Of a stretch of 64,000 nucleotides of DNA, positions 38,077 to 47,708 are shown one piece after another. Within the stretch, counting starts at the first letter, position 1. Every line of letters begins with the position of its first letter. The notes under the pieces are model-generated. The model searched no databases and was not told where the DNA came from. It worked only from the letters and a program-made list of their open reading frames with translations. A program made the position numbers and the translations under genes. Source of the DNA: Candidatus Latescibacterota bacterium (GTDB lineage Bacteria; Latescibacterota; UBA2968; UBA8231); the NCBI GenBank assembly GCA_965221775.1, contig CBDCSU010000004.1, positions 800,001 through 864,000 on the forward strand. The letters run 5' to 3'.

Positions 38077-38727
38077 TCAGCCAGTCGGATGCATCGGGAA
38101 CCAGGTCACCCGCGGCGGCCCGGTGGAGGTGCTGCGGCGCCGGTCCATCATCTCCCGGAGGGTATCCCGGGCGCCGCCGACGATGGCGTCGCCGTGCCCG
38201 GGCAGCAGGTGCTCGAAGTCGAGGTCCAGCAGGTGGGCCAGGCTCTCCCAGGGCCGGGGATGGCCGTTGGGATGGCCGCCGAGGGGGATGCCGCCGGGCG
38301 CCCACTTGGCGGTGGTGCCGAGGGCGTCGCCCACGAAGAGGCAGCCCCCGTGCCGCGGCGAGAGCAGGGCCTGCTCGCCGCGGGTGAGGCCGGGGACGCC
38401 GACGGCGCGCAGGCCGCAGGGCAGCTCGTCGCCGTCGCCGTACGGCTCCCAGCGGTCCAGGTCCTCCACCATGCAGGCGTCCTCGGCGGGCAGGTAGATC
38501 GGGGCCCCGGTGCGGGCGGCGAAGAGGCGGGCGGAGCGTTCGTGCCAGCCCACGGTGAGGACGATGGCGCGCACGTCCCCGGCCTCGGCGACCGGTTGCA
38601 GGGCGCTCCACTCCACCGGATCGACGAGGACGCTGCCGGCCTCCGTGCGCAGCCACCAGGACTCCAGGGACCACACGTCCGGCCAGACGACCCGCCAATG
38701 GAACAGGCCGGGCAGGACCTCCTTCAT
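38077..38727 (-). CDS. MBL-fold metallo-hydrolase-like protein
   Basis: VLVDP, LTVGWHERS, FVGDA, LLPGHG. Confidence 0.8.
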   Translation of the reverse strand: MKEVLPGLFHWRVVWPDVWSLESWWLRTEAGSVLVDPVEWSALQPVAEAGDVRAIVLTVGWHERSARLFAARTGAPIYLPAEDACMVEDLDRWEPYGDGDELPCGLRAVGVPGLTRGEQALLSPRHGGCLFVGDALGTTAKWAPGGIPLGGHPNGHPRPWESLAHLLDLDFEHLLPGHGDAIVGGARDTLREMMDRRRSTSTGPPRVTWFPMHPTG

Positions 38728-38779
38728 CGCCTCGCCGCCGGTCAGCATGGCGAGAGCTGCCACCGCCGGCCGCGGATCC

Positions 38780-39979
38780 TCACGCCCTCTCCCCCGCCAA
38801 CTCCCCCAGCGCCCCGAGGAGCAGGTCGATCTCCTCCTCGAGGTGGAAGAAGCAGACGCTGGCGCGCAGGCCCTCCACGGTGTGGGGCAGCGGCTTGATG
38901 ACGATGTTCCAGCGCTCCTGCAGGGCCGCCGTCAGGGCCTCCCCCGTCCAGCCGCGCAGGCCGAAGCTGACCAGGGCCGCCGAGTCGTCCGCGCTGCGGG
39001 GCGTGAACAGCTCGGCGCCGTCGATGGCGGCGAGTCCCGCCTTCAGCCGGTCCGTCAGCTCGCGGATGCGCGACCAGACCGCCTGCGGTCCGATCTCCCG
39101 GAGCCAGTCGGCCGCCGCCGCCCAGGCGTGGACCAGCGGCCACGACCAGGGGCCGTATTGGAAACGCTGCGCCGTGTCGGGCAGCTCGAAGGTGTCGCTC
39201 TCGAAGTCGAGCCACTTCTCGGCGCGGCAGCCGGCGTAGGTGACCTCGATGTCGTGGAGCCGCTCGCGGCGGACCCACAGGGCGCCGGCGGCGTACGGCG
39301 AGAACATCCACTTGTAGGAGAGCAGGCCGGCGAAGTCGCAGCCGAGGTCGCGCAGCCGGTAGGGCACGGCGCCGCACGAGTGGGCCAGGTCAAGGAAGCT
39401 GGGGATGCCGCGCTCCCGGGCCAGATCGCACAGGGGCGCCGAAGGGAAGCGGAAGCCGAAGTCGGTGGTCACGTGGCTCAGGGCCATGAGCCGCGTCTTC
39501 GGCGTCAGGGCCGCGTCGGCGGCGGCCATCAGCTCCTCGCGGTCCTCGGCCAGGGGCAGCTTCACCACCTCGACGCCGAGGCGCTCCCGCAGGTGCAGGC
39601 TGGGCAGCAGCAGGGCCGCCTCCTCGTTGTCGGAGATGACGATGCGGTCGCCGGCCTCCCACGGCAGGCCGCGGAGCACCGTGTGGAAGGCCTCGCTGAC
39701 GCCGCGCATGACGGCCAGCTCGTCGGCGTCGACGTCGAAGTAGCGCGCCAGGCGCTCCATGGTGCGGCGGCGGCGGGGGTACTCCTCCTCGGGGTAGATG
39801 ATGTGCATCGGCCCGCGGGCCAGCAGCTCCTCCATGAGGCGCATGTGCTCGCGGGCCACCGGCTCCGGGGTGATGGAGACGCCGCCGTTCTGGAACCAGA
39901 CGTAGTTGCGCAGGGCCGGGAACTGGGCCCGCACCGCGCCCACGTCGACCGCGGCGGCGGCCTCGGCGGAGACGCTCAA
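38780..39979 (-). CDS. Class V PLP aminotransferase (cysteine desulfurase / lyase-like)
   Basis: RAQFP, DLAHS.G, SYKW PLP lysine, LRASV.FF; TTG start inferred. Confidence 0.88.
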   Translation of the reverse strand: MSVSAEAAAAVDVGAVRAQFPALRNYVWFQNGGVSITPEPVAREHMRLMEELLARGPMHIIYPEEEYPRRRRTMERLARYFDVDADELAVMRGVSEAFHTVLRGLPWEAGDRIVISDNEEAALLLPSLHLRERLGVEVVKLPLAEDREELMAAADAALTPKTRLMALSHVTTDFGFRFPSAPLCDLARERGIPSFLDLAHSCGAVPYRLRDLGCDFAGLLSYKWMFSPYAAGALWVRRERLHDIEVTYAGCRAEKWLDFESDTFELPDTAQRFQYGPWSWPLVHAWAAAADWLREIGPQAVWSRIRELTDRLKAGLAAIDGAELFTPRSADDSAALVSFGLRGWTGEALTAALQERWNIVIKPLPHTVEGLRASVCFFHLEEEIDLLLGALGELAGERA

Positions 39980-40731
39980 GAGTCCAGGCCCCAGAGCCGG
40001 CGGCGCTCCTCGGGCCAGTCCCGCCACTCGGGGTGGAGCTGCATCACCGCCTTCACGTCGCGCTTGCGGCCCCCCGGCGGGAAGTAGTTCCAGCCCATGG
40101 CGCGCCGCGGACCGGCGCCGGTCTTGAGGCCGGTGGCGTGCCAGCAGGAGGGCGTCCAGATCAGGGTCCAGCGGGGGTCGAGGATGACCTCCACCTCCTC
40201 GGGATGGCGGGCGTAGCAGTGCTCGGGGGGCTCCTCGTGGGTGCCGGTGGCCAGCTCGATCTGCATCAGCTCGGCCTCCACCTCCTCGCGGGAGCGGTGG
40301 TGGCTGCCGGGCAGCACCCGCAGGGGCGCGTTGCTGGTGTCGTGGCGGTCGAGGGCGGTGCGGAAGGAGACCTGGCGCACCTCGGGCCCGCCGTCGACGT
40401 GCCAGTAGACCTGCCGGATCGACCGCCCCTGGGAGGCATCGCCGATGCCGCAGGCGCCGACGTGCACGTCCTCGGCGCCGAGGATGCGCCGCGCCGCCTC
40501 CACCAGGATCGGGCTCTCCACCATCTTCAGCAGGGGCTCGCCGATCATCAGGAACTGGCAGGCCAGGCGGTTGCAGCCCGGGAACTCGGTCTGCTCCCAC
40601 ACCGGCTCCACCTCCTGCTGGCGCGCGTCGACCTCGCGCATCCCTTCGGCGCCGAGGGGATTGGGGACGAAGAAGAAGCCCTTGCTCTCGAAGTGGTCCA
40701 GCTGCGCGTCGGTGATGCCGATGGCCGCCAT
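39976..40731 (-). CDS. PhyH-family Fe(II)/2-oxoglutarate dioxygenase
   Basis: WHVD (HxD), LRVLPGSH, WHA, RRA. Confidence 0.88.
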   Translation of the reverse strand: MAAIGITDAQLDHFESKGFFFVPNPLGAEGMREVDARQQEVEPVWEQTEFPGCNRLACQFLMIGEPLLKMVESPILVEAARRILGAEDVHVGACGIGDASQGRSIRQVYWHVDGGPEVRQVSFRTALDRHDTSNAPLRVLPGSHHRSREEVEAELMQIELATGTHEEPPEHCYARHPEEVEVILDPRWTLIWTPSCWHATGLKTGAGPRRAMGWNYFPPGGRKRDVKAVMQLHPEWRDWPEERRRLWGLDS

Positions 40732-40733
40732 GC

Positions 40734-41810
40734 TCAGGCCCTCCCCACGGTCAGCTCGTCCAGCTTCGCCTCGTCCAACTCGACGCCGAGACCCGGCCCC
40801 TCGAAGGGGGTCAGGTAGCTGCCCTCGGCCTTCACCCGCTCCCTGGCCGGCGAGGCCGTGTAGAGGACGGGGCCCATGGGGTCGCAGGGCAACTGCACCT
40901 GGGGCGAGCTGACGCCCACGGCGACCTGGGCGCTCACCCCGAGGGTCGACTCCTGGTCGGTGCCGATGAGGCACTTCAGGCCCATCGCCTCGGCCACGGA
41001 CATGATGCGCTTGATGTGGGTCGGCCCGCCGGAGACGCAGGCGAGGTTGAAGGCGGTGCAGGCGCCGCTGTCGGCCGCCTCCCAGGCCTGGCGCAGAGAG
41101 CCGATGTGCCAGGTCACGGGCAGGTCGACGCGCTTGGTGAACTCGGCGCTGGCGCGCATGTCCCAGCTCGGCTGCTCGAAGTGGAAGGGGTCGTGGCGGC
41201 GCAGCCGGTCGCCGTAGCGCAGGACCTCCTGCCAGTCGGAGAACCGGCCGGAGAAGTCGAGGGACTTGAGGCGGATGGCGTCGCCGTGCCTCGACTTCAT
41301 CTCGGTGAGGAAGCGGTCGTCGAGCTCGGAGTCGCCGGAGACGTAGAACCGGAAGAGGTGGTGGCCGAGGTCGACGAGGCGCTGCAGGTAGGAGCCGGCC
41401 TGCTCGAAGTCCTCCTGCACCTGGCGGCCCCAGATCGGGTAGCAGCAGTAGAGGCGGTCGCGCACCTTGCCGCCGAGCATCTGGTACGCGGGCACGCCCT
41501 GCACCTTGCCGTTGAGGTCGTAGAGGGCCAGGTCGACGGCGGAGGCCACGTGCGCGTTGGAGACGCTGGAGCCCCAATGGCGGCTGCGCATCAAGTCGTT
41601 GATCTCGTTGATGCGGCGCGCGTCAAGGCCCTTGAGCTGCTCGTTGAGCTGCTGCGCCAGGGCCGGCACGTCGTCGCACTTGCTGTCCGACGCCTCGCCC
41701 AGGCCCACCGGGCCGTCGTCGACGTGGAGCTTGAGGATCACGTGCCCGGAGATCATCCCGTGGTAGCGGGGCGTCTCGATCTGGATGAGTTCGATCTTCT
41801 CGATCTTCAC
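40734..41810 (-). CDS. Enolase-superfamily dehydratase, galactarate dehydratase II-like
   Basis: FRFYV (R-x-Y), KSLDFS, FEQP, TWH metal ligands (D/E/H), CYPI, GTDQE, DPMGP. Confidence 0.85.
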   Translation of the reverse strand: MKIEKIELIQIETPRYHGMISGHVILKLHVDDGPVGLGEASDSKCDDVPALAQQLNEQLKGLDARRINEINDLMRSRHWGSSVSNAHVASAVDLALYDLNGKVQGVPAYQMLGGKVRDRLYCCYPIWGRQVQEDFEQAGSYLQRLVDLGHHLFRFYVSGDSELDDRFLTEMKSRHGDAIRLKSLDFSGRFSDWQEVLRYGDRLRRHDPFHFEQPSWDMRASAEFTKRVDLPVTWHIGSLRQAWEAADSGACTAFNLACVSGGPTHIKRIMSVAEAMGLKCLIGTDQESTLGVSAQVAVGVSSPQVQLPCDPMGPVLYTASPARERVKAEGSYLTPFEGPGLGVELDEAKLDELTVGRA

Positions 41811-41818
41811 GGTCTCTC

Positions 41819-43012
41819 CTATCCCTTCTCGATGTTGGGCGGCGGCGCCGCGGCCTCCCACTCGGGGCCGGCCAGGGCCGCGGCCAGGGTGCGGGCCACG
41901 CTCACGGCGTGGGCGCAGGTCGCCTCCTCGGTGACGCAGTAGATCTGGTAGCAGTAGGCGAGGGTGCCGAAGCGCTCGGCAAGGTTGCTGAAACCGCCGG
42001 CCCCGCTCAAGGGGGTGGCGCGCTCGATGGCGGTCACCCGCCAGTCGGCGTTCAGCGACAGCAGGGCCGCGTCCACACGTTGCGCCAGCTCGCGCCGTTC
42101 CGGGTCGGCGAACCACTCCGCCGCCATGGGGTTCAGCTTGTGGGCGCGCACGTCCTGGTAGTGGGTGTGCAGCTCCAGGTAGGTGAGCGGCCGCAGGGCC
42201 TCGGCGTACTCCCACAGGGCGCGGGTCTCGGCCGGGGCCGCCTCGCCCGCCAGCAGGCGGCCGAAGCTGAACATGGGCACCTCGCCGCCGCCGTTGGTGC
42301 ACGACCGCCCGCCGGCGGTGCCGTCGGGGTTGGGCAGGGGCACGAAGGCGAAGCGGAAGCGCTCGAGCAGGCGCCGCGTCAGGGCGCTGCCGTCGGTGAG
42401 CCAGTGGGCGATGGCGAGGACCGGACGCGCCGCCGGCTCGGCCGGCTGCATGGTGGCCCCGATCAGGATGGTCTCTTCGGCGCCGCCCGTCGATTCCACG
42501 GCCATGATCGGCCGGCTCCCGGCGGTGCGGCCGATCTCGCGGACCTCGAAGGGACCGGAGGCGGCCAGCACCCCCATCTCGTCGTAGACCTCCCGCATGC
42601 TGACGTAGGGCTTGTTGGCCACCCGCAGCTGCTCGCCCGGGGCCAGGCGGATCCTCAGGTCCACGTGGGAGCCCTCGACGTACTCCGTGTCGCGGGCCGG
42701 GACCGGACGCCAGCGGCAGCGCCGGAAGAGCCAGTACGGCGGCGCCATGTACGCGGCGCCGCTGGTCTCGGTGAACCGGAACCGCAGCCGCACCGTGCGC
42801 CGCTGGTCCACCCGGGAGGCCAGGCGCACGTGGCAGGCGTACTCCCGGGGCACCCCGGCGCCGCCGAAGTGCTCCTCCAGGGCGGCGGAGAACCAGTCGG
42901 GCACCGGCTCGGGCAGGGGCAGGGCCTCGAAGGCGTCCTTGCCCGCGGGCAGGATCTCGCCGGCGCTGCCGCCCTCGAAGTCGGCGTCGACGCGGATGGA
43001 GAGGTCGCTCAC
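41819..43012 (-). CDS. M14-family carboxypeptidase-like protein (atypical Zn site)
   Basis: DFEGG N-domain, IGRT..SRPI, QPAE in place of HxxE, NPDG, LELH. Confidence 0.75.
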   Translation of the reverse strand: MSDLSIRVDADFEGGSAGEILPAGKDAFEALPLPEPVPDWFSAALEEHFGGAGVPREYACHVRLASRVDQRRTVRLRFRFTETSGAAYMAPPYWLFRRCRWRPVPARDTEYVEGSHVDLRIRLAPGEQLRVANKPYVSMREVYDEMGVLAASGPFEVREIGRTAGSRPIMAVESTGGAEETILIGATMQPAEPAARPVLAIAHWLTDGSALTRRLLERFRFAFVPLPNPDGTAGGRSCTNGGGEVPMFSFGRLLAGEAAPAETRALWEYAEALRPLTYLELHTHYQDVRAHKLNPMAAEWFADPERRELAQRVDAALLSLNADWRVTAIERATPLSGAGGFSNLAERFGTLAYCYQIYCVTEEATCAHAVSVARTLAAALAGPEWEAAAPPPNIEKG

Positions 43013-43124
43013 GCTGCACAAGATTGCGGAAACACCCGGCCTCGCTCAAGCGGCCGGTGCCCGGCCCTGGACGGCTCCGCCCTCAGGGGCCTGATTCCTC
43101 GCCCCCCAAGTCGAGGAGATCCCC

Positions 43125-45701
43125 ATGGAACCCGGTTACCCCTTCCTCCGCGAGTACCGCGGCGAGCAGCTCCTCAAGGTGGCCATGCCCCTGGGCGGCA
43201 TCGGCACGGGCACCGTCTCCCTCGGCGGGCGCGGCGACCTGCGCGACTGGGAGCTGATGAACCGGCCCTCGAAGGGCTTCGTGCCGAAACAGGGCGACTC
43301 CTGGATCGCCCCCGGGCCCTCGGTCGTGCTGCACACCCACGAGGCGGCCTCCGGCCGCCGCCAGACGCGCCTGCTGGAAGGCCCGCTGGATCCCGTCCAG
43401 TACGACGGCCAGGCCGGCTGCGCGGTGAACAACCACAACCTGCCGCGCATGGAGGCCGCAGTCTTCCGCGCCGCCTACCCCCTGGCCGAGATCGACTTCG
43501 CCTGCCGCGAGCTGCCGCTGCGGGTCCGCCTGCAGGCCTTCAACCCGCTGGTGCCGTGCGAGGTCGGCGACTCCAGCCTCCCCGCGGCGGTGCTGCGCTA
43601 CCGTCTCCGCAACCCGACGGCGGCACCCGTGGAGGCGGCCATCGCCTTCTCGCTGCCGAACTTCATCGGCGCCGACCGCTCCCTTCAGGAGCGCACCTGC
43701 TACGCCACCACCGCGGCCTACGGCCCGCGGCGCAACGTCAACGAGTTCCGCGGCGGCGACGGGCTGCGGGGCCTCTTCCTGCGCTCCGAGGGCGTGCCCG
43801 CCAACCACCCAGCCTGGGGCACCATGGCGCTGACCACGACGGCGGCGGAGTGCTCGCACCGCACCGCTTGGGCCGATCTGTCCTGGGGCAACACCCTCCT
43901 CGACTACTGGGACGACCTGACGGAGGACGGCGCCGTGGACGAGCGCTCCTCGGGCAATGACGACCCCATGGCCACCCTGTGTCCGCGGGTCACGGTCCCC
44001 GGCGGCGGCGAGGCCGAGATCCTCTTCCTGCTCACCTGGCACTTCCCGAACCGCCTCGCCTGGGAGGCGGCGGACCACATCGACGCGGCGGACGGCAGCG
44101 GTTGCTGCGACGGCGACTGCGCGCCGGAACCCTATCCCGAGTTCGTCGGCAACCACTACTGCACGGTCTACGACGACGCCTGGGAGGTGGCCGCGCGCGA
44201 GATGGGACGGCTCGACGACCTGGAGGCGCGCACCGTCGGCTTCGTCTCCGACTTCCTGGCCGCCGACGTGCCCGAGGTGGTCCGCGAGGCGGCCCTGTTC
44301 AACCTGTCCACCCTGCGCACCCAGACCTGCCTGCGCACCGCCGACGGCCACTTCTTCGGCTGGGAGGGGTGCCACGACACGCAGGGCTGCTGCCGCGGCT
44401 CCTGCACCCACGTGTGGAACTACGAGCAGGGACTCGGTTTCGTCTTCGGCGAGCTGTCCCGCAACATGCGCCACGTCGAGTTCGCCCACGCCACCACCGA
44501 CCGCGGGCAGGTGCAGACCCGCATCGGCCTGCCCCTCCACCGGCCCCCGGAGCAGCCCTTCCTCGCCGCCGCCGACGGCCAGCTCGGCGTCATCATGCGG
44601 TTCTACCGCGACTGGCAGCTCAGCGGCTCCCGGGATCTGTTCGACGCCCACTGGCCGCGGGTGCGCTCCGCCATTGAGTTCTGCTGGATCGAGCACGGCT
44701 GGGACGCCGACCAGGACGGCGTCATGGAGGGCTGCCAGCACAACACCATGGACGTGGAGTACTTCGGACCCAACCCGCAGATGGGGTTCTGGTACCTCGG
44801 GGCCCTGCGCGCCGGCGAGGAGATGGCCCGCCACGCCGGCGACGCCGACCTGGCCGGGCGCTGCCGGTCGCTGTTCGAGTCCGGTAGGGGCTGGATGGAG
44901 GCGCACCTGTTCAACGGCGAGTACTTCGAGCACCGCGTCGTCCCGCCCGGCGCCGGCGCCGCCATCGATCCCGGGATCATCGGCAACCCGGACCGCGGCG
45001 ACCTCGACGGCCCGGCGCTGCAGCTCGGTCCCGCCTGCCTGGTGGACCAGCTCGTGGGGCAGTACATGGCCCACGTATGCGGCCTCGGCGACCTCGTCGA
45101 TCCCGGCCTCGCCCGCGCCACCCTGCGCAGCATCAAGGCCCACAACTGGCGCGATTCCTTCCTCGGCCACTTCAACCACTTCCGCAGCTACGCCGCCGGC
45201 GACGAGAGGGGGCTGCTCATGGCCAGCTACCCCCGCGGCGACCGGCCGCGGCAGCCCTTCCCCTACTGCAACGAGCTGATGACCGGGTTCGAGTACAGCA
45301 CCGCCGTGCACATGCTCTACGCCGGCCTGGAGGAGGAGGGCCTGGAGTGCTTCGCCGCTGTCCGCGACCGCTACGACGGCCGCCGCCGCAACCCCTTCGA
45401 CGAGGCCGAGTGCGGCCACCACTACGCCCGCGCCCTGGCCAGCTGGGGCGGGCTCCTGGCCTGGACGGGCTTCGGCTACTCCGCCGTCACCGGCGCCCTG
45501 CGGTTGGGGCGGGAGGGGAGCTTCTTCTTCTCCACGGGAGATTCCTGGGGCACCTATACCCTGGAGGGAGGCCGCCTGAGCCTCTCCGTGAAGGGAGGGC
45601 GTCTGCGGCTGGAGAGCGTGGCCGTCGGCGGCGGCGCCGAGACCCGGCTGCCGGAGCCGGTGGTTCTCACCGAGGGCCGGGAGGTGGTGGTCCCGGGCTG
45701 A
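43125..45701 (+). CDS. GH116 glycoside hydrolase (non-lysosomal glucosylceramidase-like)
   Basis: MPLGGIGTG, GWEGC..GSCTHVWNY, QHNTMD, ECGHHYAR. Confidence 0.93.
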   Translation: MEPGYPFLREYRGEQLLKVAMPLGGIGTGTVSLGGRGDLRDWELMNRPSKGFVPKQGDSWIAPGPSVVLHTHEAASGRRQTRLLEGPLDPVQYDGQAGCAVNNHNLPRMEAAVFRAAYPLAEIDFACRELPLRVRLQAFNPLVPCEVGDSSLPAAVLRYRLRNPTAAPVEAAIAFSLPNFIGADRSLQERTCYATTAAYGPRRNVNEFRGGDGLRGLFLRSEGVPANHPAWGTMALTTTAAECSHRTAWADLSWGNTLLDYWDDLTEDGAVDERSSGNDDPMATLCPRVTVPGGGEAEILFLLTWHFPNRLAWEAADHIDAADGSGCCDGDCAPEPYPEFVGNHYCTVYDDAWEVAAREMGRLDDLEARTVGFVSDFLAADVPEVVREAALFNLSTLRTQTCLRTADGHFFGWEGCHDTQGCCRGSCTHVWNYEQGLGFVFGELSRNMRHVEFAHATTDRGQVQTRIGLPLHRPPEQPFLAAADGQLGVIMRFYRDWQLSGSRDLFDAHWPRVRSAIEFCWIEHGWDADQDGVMEGCQHNTMDVEYFGPNPQMGFWYLGALRAGEEMARHAGDADLAGRCRSLFESGRGWMEAHLFNGEYFEHRVVPPGAGAAIDPGIIGNPDRGDLDGPALQLGPACLVDQLVGQYMAHVCGLGDLVDPGLARATLRSIKAHNWRDSFLGHFNHFRSYAAGDERGLLMASYPRGDRPRQPFPYCNELMTGFEYSTAVHMLYAGLEEEGLECFAAVRDRYDGRRRNPFDEAECGHHYARALASWGGLLAWTGFGYSAVTGALRLGREGSFFFSTGDSWGTYTLEGGRLSLSVKGGRLRLESVAVGGGAETRLPEPVVLTEGREVVVPG

Positions 45702-45765
45702 GTCGTTTGGGGCGTTGGCCCTGCTTGTCAGCGCCCTCGGGCGCCATCAACTCGGGGCTTCTGCC

Positions 45766-46527
45766 TCAGATTGGCGGAAGACTGCAGATCTGCGACCTGG
45801 TTGCTTCGTAGTAACGACCGTCCCGGAGCTGGAACTCCTCACTCTTGGGCTCTCCGATCGCTCGCCACACCCAGGCGAACATCGTCCGCAGGGAGGCGCA
45901 GGTCTCCTTGCGAGATAACACGCGAGGAATGTCAAGCCCTTCGACGATCCGGGTCCCATCCTCCTTCTCGTCGTAGCCCGAACAGTGCCTCTTCAGATCC
46001 GCCTTGGGATGGCGGATCTCCTCGACATCTCCCTCATGCTCCTCCAGGTCCGTACCAAGGACCCGGTTGACAGTCTCGATGTCCGCGAAGAAATAGGCTT
46101 CGAGCATGTTCACCAGGAAGTGCACCGAGGCCCGCCGAGCCTGATCCGGCTTGAGCATTGTGTCCAAGGCGAGACGATACCGGGCGAAGACTTGGTCGAC
46201 ATCATCCGACCTGTCCGCCTCGAGATCATCTACAAGGAGGAGAAATCCGGGCTTGGACAAGAGATGCCGACGAGCCGGCAGGCCGATATCCGTTGCGTCC
46301 CGGTCGGGGATCTCCTTGCCGCTGCCGACCATCTTCAACTGGCGCTTTGCCGACCTGATGGCTGAGCGTTGACCGACGCGCCGAATGATCTCGAAACGAC
46401 ACTTCCCGGTGGCTGCGATTGATCGAAAGAGAGCGGGCAGACACTCCCGCTCGGCTTCTCCCGTGACGATCAGACCGAAGTGGTAGAACGGCCAAGCGGT
46501 GACCGCGGTCGGATGGGAGGTACTCAT
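45766..46527 (-). CDS. DUF4276-like (TOPRIM-like) protein
   Basis: GLIVTGEAE, LLVDDLEAD, MLEAYFFAD, EEIRHPK; coupled to the upstream ATPase. Confidence 0.7.
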   Translation of the reverse strand: MSTSHPTAVTAWPFYHFGLIVTGEAERECLPALFRSIAATGKCRFEIIRRVGQRSAIRSAKRQLKMVGSGKEIPDRDATDIGLPARRHLLSKPGFLLLVDDLEADRSDDVDQVFARYRLALDTMLKPDQARRASVHFLVNMLEAYFFADIETVNRVLGTDLEEHEGDVEEIRHPKADLKRHCSGYDEKEDGTRIVEGLDIPRVLSRKETCASLRTMFAWVWRAIGEPKSEEFQLRDGRYYEATRSQICSLPPI

Positions 46528-47708
46528 CCTTCGTTGTCAGTTGCTGCATTGGGGCCCTGCGGCGCAATCGCTTCGGACATGTAGAGGGATCCCGCCGCGT
46601 AGTCCTCGAGGAGGTCCTGAACCTGGTCGATCTCGGACAGGCGATCGAATCGCGCACGCCCCTCCTCGATGCCGGCGACGAGGATGTCCTGCGGCTCGAA
46701 CTGGCTGATGAGCACGGGCGAATGGGTGGCGAGGAACACCTGTTTGTTCCATCCCTCGGCGGCTTCCTTGACGGCTCTCGCAAAGACGGCGATGGCCCAC
46801 GGATGGAGGGAGGTTTCCGGTTCATCGAACAGCAGGACCGATTCTCTCTCTCCTTCCGAGAATAGTGCGATCAAGAGAAGCAGCAGTTGCAGGTGCCCAT
46901 CGGAAACCTCAGACGCGAATATTCCTTCACGGCGCCCCTTCTCAAGGAAGCTGGCGTATACGGAGGTTGCTCCTGTCTGTTCCAACACGATGCCGTCGAA
47001 GGCGGGGAATGCTCCGCCCATGTACCGCATGATCGTGCCGTGACGATCATCGACGTTCTGTCTGTCCTGAAGGTTCCGGAGCACGGACCAGGCATTGTTT
47101 CCAAGGTCCCGGAGCCGGGTTTCATGGCTGCTTTCGGATCCGGCCCGCTTTAGAGGCCGGATCAGGAAGGATCTGGAGTTGTACAGTCGGATGGAGTGGA
47201 GCAGCCGATCGAGATACCCGGCCTCCTTGTGGCCCCGGTTCAGATCCAGGAAGAGTCCCAGACTTGGCTTTTCGGGTTCACGCAAGGGGATCGGCAAAGT
47301 CTGCCTGATGTCCGTATGGTAAAGGTCGGCCTTGTCCGATCCTGGTCTCCGATCGATGAGCACCTCGGTTCGTGAAGAGGAATGCAGCCGCTCACCCGGG
47401 CAAGGTTCGATTCTGCCGGACGAGAGAGAAACCGAGAGGCCATAGGTGACGCCACCGGCCGACAACTCCACCTCGATACCCTGGTCTTCGACCGCTCCGT
47501 CCCAGAGAATGCCGATGCCGTGTCCGCGCTCGGAAGACGCAACTTCAACACCGCGGATCGCACAGTCCCGGAAGAAGTAGAGCGTGTCGAGCAGCGTCGA
47601 CTTGCCGGCCCCGTTCGGGCCGAAGACGACATTGATCGGACCCACGTCCAACTGGACGTCAGCCAGAGCCCGGTAGTTCTTGACGTGAATTCTACTCAGG
47701 CCGCTCAA
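46524..47708 (-). CDS. ABC-type ATPase (AAA_21/AAA_15-like)
   Basis: KNYRAL, GPNGAGKS, SDG signature, FDEPETSLHP, ATHSP; TTG start overlaps the upstream stop. Confidence 0.9.
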   Translation of the reverse strand: MSGLSRIHVKNYRALADVQLDVGPINVVFGPNGAGKSTLLDTLYFFRDCAIRGVEVASSERGHGIGILWDGAVEDQGIEVELSAGGVTYGLSVSLSSGRIEPCPGERLHSSSRTEVLIDRRPGSDKADLYHTDIRQTLPIPLREPEKPSLGLFLDLNRGHKEAGYLDRLLHSIRLYNSRSFLIRPLKRAGSESSHETRLRDLGNNAWSVLRNLQDRQNVDDRHGTIMRYMGGAFPAFDGIVLEQTGATSVYASFLEKGRREGIFASEVSDGHLQLLLLLIALFSEGERESVLLFDEPETSLHPWAIAVFARAVKEAAEGWNKQVFLATHSPVLISQFEPQDILVAGIEEGRARFDRLSEIDQVQDLLEDYAAGSLYMSEAIAPQGPNAATDNEG

